Shown: in pieces, positions 19,378-27,772 of the stretch | Position numbering within the stretch: the first letter of the stretch is position 1 | Layout of the letters: every line of letters starts with the position of its first letter | Assembly (NCBI GenBank): GCA_017508425.1 | Contig: JAFVYZ010000021.1 | Location: 68,749-132,748, forward strand | Direction: 5' to 3' | Origin: Clostridia bacterium | Lineage (GTDB): Bacteria; Bacillota; Clostridia; Oscillospirales; CAG-272 | Length of the DNA stretch: 64,000 bases | Program-made: the position numbers and the translations under genes | The notes under the pieces: generated by a model | Database searches by the model: none | What the model was told of the DNA's origin: nothing | The model's input: the letters and a program-made list of their open reading frames with translations, nothing else

Positions 19378-20118
19378 TTATTTTTCGGCCTTAAGGATCT
19401 CGGTCGGAGCCGAAGCGTTGGCGATCACACTCTTAATGCCGTTCTTGCAGCTGGACTTTTGACGGTAGCCCTGCGTGCAGGAAAGGATGTTGTTGCCGTT
19501 CGTGGCAATGAGGTTAAAGCGATACTGACCGGCCTTATCGTAATAGATCTGGAACTTCGGGCACCTTTCCTCATTGATCGTTTGCAGCGTTTGATCCTCG
19601 ATCGCGGCAATGGGAGCGTTGGCACCTACACTGGCAATGCCGTTTTTGCAAGCCGCCATCGAGCTGTAGATTTGCGAGTTGGCGATCACCTGCGTGTTGG
19701 CGGCACGGACGTTGAACATGTAGCGGCCGTCGCTCGTGCGCTTGATCTCAAACTTGCCCTTGACCTTCCCCTCGGCGGGCTCAGCCTCAACGGCAGGCTC
19801 GGCCTCCACAACGGGCTCAGCCTCAACGGCGGGCTCGGCCTTCGTTTCCTTTTTGGGCGCGGCCTTCTTGGCGGGAGCTTTTTTGGGAGCCGGCTCCTGA
19901 GCCTTTTCCTCTGCAGCCGCGGCGGCCTCAGCGGCAGCCTTCTTTCTCGCCTCTTCACGGGCCTGCATCTCGGCCTTTCTCATCTCCTCGGCCTTCTTCA
20001 TCTCCTCGGCCAAGCGTGCCTTTTCCGCAGCCGCGGCGGCCTCAGCGGCCTTTCTTTGCTCCTCGGCGCGTTGTTTCTTTTTCTTTCCAAACAAGAACAT
20101 ATCATTTCTCCTTTTCAT
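19378..20118 (-). CDS. tandem YegP/DUF1508 protein with K/A/E-rich N-terminal region
   Basis: Two DUF1508-like repeats: 'KFEIKRTSDGRYMFNVRAANTQVIANSQIYSS...CKNGIASV' and 'FQIYYDKAGQYRFNLIATNGNNILSCTQGY...CKNGIKSV'. Confidence 0.7.
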   Translation of the reverse strand: MKRRNDMFLFGKKKKQRAEEQRKAAEAAAAAEKARLAEEMKKAEEMRKAEMQAREEARKKAAAEAAAAAEEKAQEPAPKKAPAKKAAPKKETKAEPAVEAEPVVEAEPAVEAEPAEGKVKGKFEIKRTSDGRYMFNVRAANTQVIANSQIYSSMAACKNGIASVGANAPIAAIEDQTLQTINEERCPKFQIYYDKAGQYRFNLIATNGNNILSCTQGYRQKSSCKNGIKSVIANASAPTEILKAEK

Positions 20119-20230
20119 GCTTTTTGGGAGTTGCTTTTTCTTTCATTGTAACACGAAAATTCGCCGAAATCAACCACAAAAACGACTTTTTTGCCATTTT
20201 TCAAAAAAATATTGCAGGCCGTTACTGCGC

Positions 20231-20671
20231 TTACCTGTTTTCCAGCACGTAGCTTTCGTACCCCAGCTCTTCAAAGCCGTGACGGCGGTAAAGCGCCTTC
20301 ACACGTACGTTTTCGGGCTCGACCTCCAGGCGGTAGCGCGCCGCGGGCACGGTGGCCTTCACAAATTCAAGAAAGGCACCGCCAACCCCCTCTCCACGGC
20401 ATTCGGGCCGCACGTAAATTTCCTCCAGCCAGCAAACAAGGCCACCCGCCTCCTGCGAATGGGTAAAGGCCAAAAGCCCGTAGCCCCAAACGGCACCGTC
20501 CCGCTCAAACACATAAATGTCGGCAAAGGGAGAGCCGTCAAGCACGATCTTGGCTGTATGCTCAAGATGACTTCGGGGGATACTGTGTAGCACGGCCGGC
20601 GAATCGTAAAATACGCTCGCCATCTCAATATATGCGGCAACGTCCTCTTTTTTTAACCTGCGAAACGTCAT
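20231..20671 (-). CDS. GNAT family N-acetyltransferase
   Basis: 146 aa. 'VRPECRGEGVGGAFLEF' is an acetyl-CoA-binding motif A-like segment. Confidence 0.8.
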   Translation of the reverse strand: MTFRRLKKEDVAAYIEMASVFYDSPAVLHSIPRSHLEHTAKIVLDGSPFADIYVFERDGAVWGYGLLAFTHSQEAGGLVCWLEEIYVRPECRGEGVGGAFLEFVKATVPAARYRLEVEPENVRVKALYRRHGFEELGYESYVLENR

Positions 20672-20741
20672 AATTACACCTCATTTCCTTGCATTTATTT
20701 TACCATTAAATTACAAAAGAGTCAAGTTTTTCATAAAATGC

Positions 20742-20770
20742 TTGACAAGCATAAAAATTTATGTTATAAT
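20742..20770 (+). promoter_or_regulatory. consensus sigma-A promoter
   Basis: TTGACA (20742-20747), 17 nt spacer, TATAAT (20765-20770). Confidence 0.8.
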
Positions 20771-20785
20771 CCTTTTCGTAAATTT

Positions 20786-20877
20786 CCGTGAGGGAGTAGT
20801 TGACACAAGCTTTTGTGTGATAAGTCAACAACACGAGCCGCAAGGCTTGGCTTATCTTGATCGACAAGACTCACGGG
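20786..20877 (+). ncRNA. yybP-ykoY-like (Mn2+) riboswitch aptamer
   Basis: P1 is CCGUGAG/CUCACGG and flanks the conserved 'GGGAGUAG' (20792-20799) and 'CAAGAC' (20865-20870). Internal helices are GUUGACAC/GUGU..GUCAAC and GAGCC-GCAA-GGCUU. The element lies upstream of a P-type ATPase. Not verified with a covariance model. Confidence 0.6.
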
Positions 20878-20913
20878 GCCGCCTCACCATGCGCTGCCCC
20901 GTGGGTCTTTTTT
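20868..20913 (+). terminator. riboswitch expression-platform terminator
   Basis: 12-bp stem gacucacggggc/gccccguggguc followed by U6. The 5' arm overlaps the 3' strand of P1, giving mutually exclusive folds. Confidence 0.7.
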
Positions 20914-20939
20914 CGCCCTCGGGAAAAGAAAGGAGAAAC

Positions 20940-23624
20940 ATGAAGCATTATCTTGAAACAACCGATGCCGTTTTTGCCGAGGTTGGCACCAACGCCGAGG
21001 GCCTTTCCTCGACCGAAGCCGCCGCACGCCTTGAGAAAAACGGCAAAAACAAGCTTGCCGAGGGCAAGAAGGAGGGTTTGCTCAAGCGGTTCCTGAAGCA
21101 GCTCGCCGAGCCGATGACCATCATCCTTTTGGTTGCAGCTCTTATTTCGGGCGTGCTGGCAATCGTAGAAAAGGAGTTCCCCTCTGACGTCATCATCATC
21201 ATGGCGGTGGTCATCATCAACGCCGTGCTGGGTGTCTTCCAGGAGAGCAAAGCCGAAAAGGCCATTGAAGCCCTGCAAGAAATTGCCGCCGCGACCTGTA
21301 AGGTCATCCGTGACGGCAAGCAGATCACCGTACACAGCGAGGATCTCGTTGTGGGTGATATCATCGTGCTGGAGGCCGGCGACGCCGTCCCTGCCGATGC
21401 CCGTATTTTTGAATGTGCCTCGATGAAGATCGAGGAGGCGGCCCTGACGGGTGAATCGGTGCCTGTGACCAAGCAGGATACCGCCCTTGCGGCAGGTGAG
21501 AACGGCGACGTTGCACTCGGCGACCGCAAGAACATGGTATTTATGGGCTCCACCGTGGTGTACGGTCGCGGCAAGGCCGTGGTCGTGGCTACCGGTATGG
21601 ACACCGAGATGGGCAAGATCGCCGATGCGCTTGCCAACGCCGAGGAGGGTAAGACGCCCCTTCAGATCAAGCTGGCAGGCCTTTCCAAGATCCTGACCTA
21701 CCTCGTTATCGGCATTTGCGTGCTGGTCTTTGGCATCAACATCATTCGTTCGCTTGCAACGGGTGCTGATTTCACCTTCCATAGTGTTCTTGACTTCTTT
21801 ATGATCGCGATCTCCCTTGCGGTTGCCGCGATCCCCGAGGGCCTTGCAACGGTTGTAACCATCGTGCTTTCGATCGGTGTAACCAATATGTCGAAGCGTT
21901 CGGCCATCATCCGTAAGCTCACCGCTGTGGAGACGCTGGGCTGCACGCAGATCATTTGCTCGGACAAAACCGGTACGCTGACCCAAAACAAGATGACCGT
22001 TGTGGACTTTGCGGGCGACGACGAAAAGCTGCTCGCCAACGCGATGTCGCTTTGCTCAGATGCCGAGTTTGACGCCGACGCCAAGACCGCTGTCGGTGAG
22101 CCCACCGAGTGTGCGCTTGTCAACTATGCCGAGAAGCTCGGTCTTTCCAAGAACGAGCAAAAGAAGCTCCTGGTCCGCGTGGGCGAGGTTCCCTTCGATT
22201 CGGGCCGTAAGATGATGACCACCGTGCACAAGACCGAGGACGGCAAGCTCCTGCAGTTCACCAAGGGTGCACCCGATGAGATGCTCAAGCGCTGCACCAC
22301 CGCCCTTGTCGGTGGCGAGGTCGTTGCCATGACCGACGCCATCCGCGAGGAGATCCTTGCCGCAAACAAGAAAATGGCGGATCAGGCCCTGCGCGTGCTT
22401 TGCGCCGCCAAAAAGGACCTTGACGCCGAGCCTGCCGTTTACGAGCCTGAGGCTGTCGAGTGCGACCTTTGCTACGTGGGTCTTGTCGGCATGATCGACC
22501 CCGTCCGTCCCGAGGTTAAGCCCGCCATCGACGAGTGCCGCAACGCAGGCATTCGCCCCATCATGATCACGGGTGACCACAAGGATACCGCCGTGGCGAT
22601 CGCCCTTCAGCTCGGCATCATCGAGAACGCGAGCGAAGCGATCACGGGTGCCGACCTTGACAAGATCTCCGACGAGGAATTTGAAACCGCTGTTGAAAAA
22701 TACTCGGTATATGCACGCGTGCAGCCCGAGCACAAGACCCGCATCGTCAACGCTTGGCGCAAAAAGGGCAAGGTTACCGCAATGACGGGTGACGGCGTCA
22801 ACGACGCACCCTCCATCAAGAACGCCGACATCGGCGTGGGCATGGGCATTACGGGCACCGACGTGACCAAGAACGTGGCCGATATGATCCTGGCCGACGA
22901 CAACTTCGCCACCATCGTTTCGGCTGCAAGCGAAGGCCGCCGCATTTACGATAACATTCGTAAGGCCATCCAGTTCCTGCTCGCCTCCAACCTCTCCGAG
23001 GTGCTGTCGATCTTCTTCGCAACCCTCATTGGCTTTACCATTTTCAAGCCCGTTCACCTTCTTTGGATCAACCTCATCACCGACTGCTTCCCCGCCCTTG
23101 CACTGGGTATGGAAAAGCCCGAGTCCAACGTAATGAAGCGCAAGCCCCGTGACTCGAAAGAGGGCATTTTTGCAGGCGGTCTTGGTGCGGCAGTTGCTTA
23201 CCAGGGCGTTCTTGTAACCGCAATTACGATTGCCTCCTACCTCCTTGGTAGATACGTTCTGGCCGATATGCACCACGCCGCCGCCATCGCACAGGGCACC
23301 TATTCGGCAGAGATGCTTGGCACGACCATGGCGTTCCTGACCCTGTCGATGTGTGAGATCTTCCACTCCTTCAACATGCGCTCGCTCAAGGGCTCGATCT
23401 TCACCATGAAGGGCCAAAACCTTTGGCTGTGGGGCGCAGGCATCCTCTCCCTGCTGCTCACCACGGTAGTCATTGAGATCCCGTTCCTTGCCGAGGTCTT
23501 TGAGCTTGCTCACCTCTCGATCATGGAATACGGCATTGCTTTGGCACTTGGCTTCCTCATCATCCCGTTGGTGGAGACCGTGAAGCTGGTACACCGCCTC
23601 ATCGACAAGAAAAAAGAGGCCTAA
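20940..23624 (+). CDS. P-type (type II, Ca2+/Mn2+-ATPase-like) cation-transporting ATPase
   Basis: Start at ATG 20940 after the AAAGGAG RBS. 'ICSDKTGTLTQN', 'MITGDH', 'TGDGVNDAPS' and 'IPEGL' are present. Confidence 0.9.
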   Translation: MKHYLETTDAVFAEVGTNAEGLSSTEAAARLEKNGKNKLAEGKKEGLLKRFLKQLAEPMTIILLVAALISGVLAIVEKEFPSDVIIIMAVVIINAVLGVFQESKAEKAIEALQEIAAATCKVIRDGKQITVHSEDLVVGDIIVLEAGDAVPADARIFECASMKIEEAALTGESVPVTKQDTALAAGENGDVALGDRKNMVFMGSTVVYGRGKAVVVATGMDTEMGKIADALANAEEGKTPLQIKLAGLSKILTYLVIGICVLVFGINIIRSLATGADFTFHSVLDFFMIAISLAVAAIPEGLATVVTIVLSIGVTNMSKRSAIIRKLTAVETLGCTQIICSDKTGTLTQNKMTVVDFAGDDEKLLANAMSLCSDAEFDADAKTAVGEPTECALVNYAEKLGLSKNEQKKLLVRVGEVPFDSGRKMMTTVHKTEDGKLLQFTKGAPDEMLKRCTTALVGGEVVAMTDAIREEILAANKKMADQALRVLCAAKKDLDAEPAVYEPEAVECDLCYVGLVGMIDPVRPEVKPAIDECRNAGIRPIMITGDHKDTAVAIALQLGIIENASEAITGADLDKISDEEFETAVEKYSVYARVQPEHKTRIVNAWRKKGKVTAMTGDGVNDAPSIKNADIGVGMGITGTDVTKNVADMILADDNFATIVSAASEGRRIYDNIRKAIQFLLASNLSEVLSIFFATLIGFTIFKPVHLLWINLITDCFPALALGMEKPESNVMKRKPRDSKEGIFAGGLGAAVAYQGVLVTAITIASYLLGRYVLADMHHAAAIAQGTYSAEMLGTTMAFLTLSMCEIFHSFNMRSLKGSIFTMKGQNLWLWGAGILSLLLTTVVIEIPFLAEVFELAHLSIMEYGIALALGFLIIPLVETVKLVHRLIDKKKEA

Positions 23625-23647
23625 TTCCTTTCAGCCCAACGCGGCGG

Positions 23648-23676
23648 TTGACAAATGTCAACCGCCGTGTTATACT
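23648..23676 (+). promoter_or_regulatory. sigma-A-type promoter embedded in a hairpin
   Basis: TTGACA (23648-23653), 17 nt spacer, TATACT (23671-23676). The -35 lies within the hairpin cggcggttgaca/tgtcaaccgccg, which follows the ATPase gene. Confidence 0.6.
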
Positions 23677-23705
23677 ATTTTTAAAGTATTTTTCGAGGTG
23701 GATCT

Positions 23706-24410
23706 ATGAAAGAGCAATTTATCAGAACCGCAGGGCTCATTGGCGAGACGGCCGTAGCACGCCTTTCGGCGGCCCGTGTGGCGGTATTCGGCATCGGGGG
23801 CGTCGGCGGACACACCGTGGAGGCATTGGTGCGCGCGGGCGTCGGATCCTTGGACCTCGTGGATAACGATACCGTGAGCGAAAGTAACATCAACCGCCAG
23901 ATCATTGCGCTCCACAGCACCGTTGGCCGTGCCAAGACCGAGGTGATGGCCGAGCGCGCACGCGACATCAATCCCGATGTGAAAATCACCACCCATAACA
24001 CCTTCTTTTTACCCGAAAATGCCAACACGTTTGACTTTTCGAGGTACGATTACGTTGTAGATGCCATTGATACCGTCGCGGCCAAAATGGAGCTGGTGCG
24101 CCGCGCAAATGCCGCAGGCACCCCCATTATTTCAGCCATGGGCACGGGCAACAAGCTTGATCCCACCGCCTTCCGCGTCACCGATATTTATAAAACAGAA
24201 GGGTGCCCCCTCGCCCGTACCGTGCGCGGTCTTTGCCGCAAGGAGGGCATTCAAAAATTAAAGGTGGTTTATTCCCCCGAGGCGCCCCGTGGTACCACCT
24301 ACAGCGAAGGGGGGCGTCACGCGCCGGCCAGCATCTCATTTGTTCCGGCCGCCGCAGGTCTCTTGATCGCCGGAACCGTTATCAAGGATCTTTGCGAAAT
24401 CAAATCATAA
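23706..24410 (+). CDS. tcdA: tRNA threonylcarbamoyladenosine dehydratase (ThiF/MoeB-family, TcdA-like)
   Basis: 'VAVFGIGGVGGHTVEALVRAGVGSLDLVDNDTVSESNINRQ'. Confidence 0.8.
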   Translation: MKEQFIRTAGLIGETAVARLSAARVAVFGIGGVGGHTVEALVRAGVGSLDLVDNDTVSESNINRQIIALHSTVGRAKTEVMAERARDINPDVKITTHNTFFLPENANTFDFSRYDYVVDAIDTVAAKMELVRRANAAGTPIISAMGTGNKLDPTAFRVTDIYKTEGCPLARTVRGLCRKEGIQKLKVVYSPEAPRGTTYSEGGRHAPASISFVPAAAGLLIAGTVIKDLCEIKS

Positions 24411-24564
24411 GTTTGCCCATACGGGCAAGTGAAGTTATCCTACGGATAGTGAAGCTTTGCCTTTGGCAAAGTGCGCAAACTGAACTTCACTTGTGCAAAG
24501 CGCAAACTTCACCCATTACCACCCGAAAAACGAAAGTGTAACACACTATACCTTGCAAGGCAAG
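24411..24564. repeat. word-plus-hairpin palindromic array (GTGAAG x2 / CTTCAC x2 with interleaved tri-loop hairpins)
   Basis: Hairpins at 24413-24428, 24436-24448, 24455-24471, 24491-24505 and 24552-24564. The words are GTGAAG at 24429 and 24449, and CTTCAC at 24485 and 24507. Confidence 0.8.
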
Positions 24565-24570
24565 ACGTGT

Positions 24571-24607
24571 AAAAAGGAGTACAGACAAAATTGTCCGTAC
24601 TCCTTTT
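24571..24607. terminator. bidirectional rho-independent terminator
   Basis: A-run, an 11-bp stem (aggagtac.gac/gtc.gtactcct, one mismatch), then a T-run, between tcdA and spoIIE. Confidence 0.75.
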
Positions 24608-24690
24608 GTGGTATTTGCGGTTGGTAAAACCTGCTTTATGGTAGGTATCTTTTGTCCTCTCTTTTTTGCATCTTGGCACACCGCGTGCCC

Positions 24691-27039
24691 TTACGCACTC
24701 GTGGTGCGCTCCTCCTCCCAAGGCAACGGTGCTTGACCGATCTCGGTCACGATGATGGAAAGATCGTCGCTCTCCTCGGCCGAGGCACGGTTGATGGCCA
24801 GGCGCGCAAAAGCATCGGCATCCCCGTCATAGCGCGTTGCAAGCATCTCTGTCAGCCAAGGGCAATCCTCCTCGCCGCCCGTAAAGCCGTCACTCAGCTG
24901 AACCACCACGTCCCCCGGCTCCAGCGAAAAAACGATCCGCTCGGCATCGAGAGCCTCCAGGATCCCCACCGGTGCGGTGCGCGAGGAAAAGCGCGTGACC
25001 TCCCCCCGTCGCAAAAGATAGGTGGGGGCGGCACCGCATTTAAAAAGCGCGGCCGTGCCGCCGATGCGGTCCACCTCTAAAAGATCGACCGTGGTGCTGC
25101 TCTCGCTCTCCCCTTGCGCCCTGGCCGCGAGAAATCCGTTGAGCATACGAAGCGCGCTCTCCGCGCGCGAGCCCGCCCCCAGCAGACGATTTAAAAAGAC
25201 CGAGGCGAGAGCCGAGGTCAGGGCCGCGTCGGTGCCACTGCCCATTCCGTCACAAATGAAGGCATAGGAAAGTCCCTGCTCCCCCTCAAAGGCCGACACG
25301 CTATCCCCGCAATGCCTGCCCTCGCCGCGCCCCTTGGGGCGTGTCATCTTCACCGAACGGGCGGTCAGCTTGCCGTGCTCGAAAAACACGATGTCGGAAA
25401 GCCCCTCGTGCTCACGCACGTCGGGTGTGCCGAGGGTAACGTGAGCGTGCTTTTCAATCACGCCGCGAATTTCGCGAAGACGGATGCTCCGCCCCGTGGC
25501 ACGTAGGCCCCGCAGGATCACGCGGCGGCGCGTTTTGCCGCACACCGCAACCGACTCGAGCCCATAGCCAAGGCGCAGTAGGCTTGTAAAGATGCGCTCG
25601 CCTGCGGCGATGTCACAGCAAAAGTCCTCGCGCCCCTCCTCGATCGTCTCCTTGATCACACGCCCGACCGCGGCATAATCCATGGCCACCACCGAGGTTT
25701 TATCGCTGTGGAGCGCCTCCTCGGCAAGTGCCGCCGCGCCGTTGTTGATCACGGTCAAAATGCGCGCGATCTCCGTACAGCGTGTGGCAAGCTCCTCGCT
25801 TACCTGTGAGCGCTCCACCGACCCGTGTCGATAAAGGCGACGGCAAATGCCCTCGATTGCCCCTGAGGTTTCGCCCCGACGCTCCCCAAAACAAACATCA
25901 CGGTAACGGCACCCGGGGCACACGCTTTCAAAGGCCTTATCGCACATGCGCCGTATGGCCGGCAGGCCGGGGCGGCGCAAACGAGAGCCGATCTCGTAAA
26001 AGGTGCCCGACAGGTCCAGGAGCGCGTTTGACATCTCGGCCAAACGCGTTGTGCTGACCGCTTGCGCCTCGGCCTTGGCCGACTGCGTCGCGGCACGCTT
26101 GCGGGCCAGCATCAAGCGCCTGACGGGCGCACCCTCTACCAAACCTGCGCTATCGAAGGCCAAAAAGATCGCCCCGGCCACCAAAAGCGAGGGGAGCAAC
26201 CGCAAAAGGCCCGCCTCGCGCTCGATCAAGAAGGTCCATACACCGGCCAGCGTACTGCCAAGCAGCACACCGCCGCCCCGACTGCTCTTTTGGAGCAGAC
26301 CAAACGCAAGCCCCACCAGCAAAAAGGCCGGGGCAAGCCGTACGTCAAAGCAAAGACCGCAAAGCGCTCCACCCACAGCCCCCGACAAGGTGCCGCGATG
26401 CGATACCAGCAAAAAAGCCACGCCTGCGGCTGCCGCGGCGGCAGGATAAATGCCGAAAACGTTAACCGTTCGCAGGGCAAATACCGCACTGAGCACAACT
26501 GCCGACATCCCCGCCTCACGGTGATACGCCATCAGCCCCCTTCCCTTTTCGAAGACCCCAAAATACAAAAACGCGGCAAGGGGCGCGGCCGCCACGGCCA
26601 AAAGCATCCCAAACAGGTCAAAAAACCGAAAGCCGCCGCCGATCACCTCCGCGATCCCCACGCCCAACACCGCGACCGCCGCCGCAGGAATGCGGTACAA
26701 CGCGCGTTCGGCAAAAAGCGCCTTGGGGGAAAGCTCCCCGGCCAAAAGCCAAGACACCGCCGCGCGCACCAGCAATACCGTCCCCAAAGCCACAAGCGTC
26801 GCCGCGTCCCGCGCGGCAAGCGAGAACAGTGCGCTCCCCAGTGCCACGGCCACCACATAAGGACCCATGGCCGCCGCCGCCAATGCCACGCCAAAGGGGC
26901 ACACGCCGAATAAAAGCTCTGCCGATGACAAAAGGGCCGCAAGACCCCCCAGCATCAAATGATAAAACAGTTTTTCAGCCCCTTGCCCCGAAAAAAGCGC
27001 AGCAACGTGAAAAGGGTCGTTTTTTTCCTTTCTTCCCAT
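24691..27039 (-). CDS. spoIIE: stage II sporulation protein E (membrane PP2C phosphatase)
   Basis: The N-terminal half is polytopic. The C-terminal PP2C domain has 'FICDGMGSG'. Start chosen at ATG 27039 (GGAGG RBS), though in-frame ATGs also exist at 27063 and 27084. Confidence 0.85.
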   Translation of the reverse strand: MGRKEKNDPFHVAALFSGQGAEKLFYHLMLGGLAALLSSAELLFGVCPFGVALAAAAMGPYVVAVALGSALFSLAARDAATLVALGTVLLVRAAVSWLLAGELSPKALFAERALYRIPAAAVAVLGVGIAEVIGGGFRFFDLFGMLLAVAAAPLAAFLYFGVFEKGRGLMAYHREAGMSAVVLSAVFALRTVNVFGIYPAAAAAAGVAFLLVSHRGTLSGAVGGALCGLCFDVRLAPAFLLVGLAFGLLQKSSRGGGVLLGSTLAGVWTFLIEREAGLLRLLPSLLVAGAIFLAFDSAGLVEGAPVRRLMLARKRAATQSAKAEAQAVSTTRLAEMSNALLDLSGTFYEIGSRLRRPGLPAIRRMCDKAFESVCPGCRYRDVCFGERRGETSGAIEGICRRLYRHGSVERSQVSEELATRCTEIARILTVINNGAAALAEEALHSDKTSVVAMDYAAVGRVIKETIEEGREDFCCDIAAGERIFTSLLRLGYGLESVAVCGKTRRRVILRGLRATGRSIRLREIRGVIEKHAHVTLGTPDVREHEGLSDIVFFEHGKLTARSVKMTRPKGRGEGRHCGDSVSAFEGEQGLSYAFICDGMGSGTDAALTSALASVFLNRLLGAGSRAESALRMLNGFLAARAQGESESSTTVDLLEVDRIGGTAALFKCGAAPTYLLRRGEVTRFSSRTAPVGILEALDAERIVFSLEPGDVVVQLSDGFTGGEEDCPWLTEMLATRYDGDADAFARLAINRASAEESDDLSIIVTEIGQAPLPWEEERTTSA

Positions 27040-27277
27040 AACAACCTCCGTTTTTTCCTTCATTGTAGCAAGCGCCGAGGGCAAAAGCCGTCGCGCGCTG
27101 TTGGTGAAAGCAAAAACCTTTTGTCACATACGCAAAAAAGAGGGAAAATGACCCCGAACGGTGTCAAAAAACCCTAAAAATTGCGACCGATTTTTTCCCT
27201 TTTCGGGAATATTTTGAAAAACACCTTTCCCACTCGCGGCTTTTGTGCTATACTAAAAGAAAAAAAGGGGGGATCGA

Positions 27278-27742
27278 ATGAAAATTTGTGCTTTTACCGG
27301 GCACCGCACCGTGCCCGTTTCTCGCCGCACCTCCCTCGCCCTCTCGCTGGATCGGACCATTGAGCACCTGATTGGGGAGGGCTACACCGATTTTCGCGCG
27401 GGTGGGGCCCTCGGCTTTGATATGCTCGCGGCCCTGCGTGTGCTCCTTGCCAAGGCCAAGCATCCGAGCATCAAGCTGCATCTAATGCTCCCCTGCCGCG
27501 ACCAAGCCAAGGATTGGCGCGAGGGGGAACGGCTCCTGTGGCAGGATATCATTGACAAGGCCGACTCGGTCCGCTACCTCTTTGACACCTATCAGGCAGG
27601 ATGCATGTACGTACGAAATCGCGCACTCATCGACGGAGCCGACCTTTGCGTCGCCTATCTCACGTCCAATCGGGGCGGCACGGCCTACACCTGCTCTTAT
27701 GCCGAAAAAAAGGGCGTTCCGATTCTCAATCTGGCAAAATAA
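27278..27742 (+). CDS. DUF1273 / YpsA-like SLOG family protein
   Basis: 154 aa. 'ICAFTGHR', 'FRAGGALGFD' and 'ADLCVAYL...GGTAYT' resemble the YpsA family (from memory). Confidence 0.65.
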   Translation: MKICAFTGHRTVPVSRRTSLALSLDRTIEHLIGEGYTDFRAGGALGFDMLAALRVLLAKAKHPSIKLHLMLPCRDQAKDWREGERLLWQDIIDKADSVRYLFDTYQAGCMYVRNRALIDGADLCVAYLTSNRGGTAYTCSYAEKKGVPILNLAK

Positions 27743-27772
27743 AAAAGGACTTGCACGGCAAGTCCTTTTTTA
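27741..27772. terminator. bidirectional terminator
   Basis: A-run, stem aggacttgc/gcaagtcct, T-run. It overlaps the stop codon of the minus-strand gene. Confidence 0.75.

Noticed and set aside
20742-20939. N-terminal 66-codon extension of the P-type ATPase ORF, which starts at TTG 20742
   Set aside because: The TTG is the first base triplet of a consensus -35 box. The stretch holds a promoter, a riboswitch-like fold and a terminator. A proper AAAGGAG-ATG start exists at 20940.
27085-27277. Possible Spo0A boxes (TGTCACA, TGTCAAA) in the spoIIE upstream region
   Set aside because: These are only near-matches to TGTCGAA, seen by eye on the strand opposite to what I could justify. This is too weak to call without a PWM scan.
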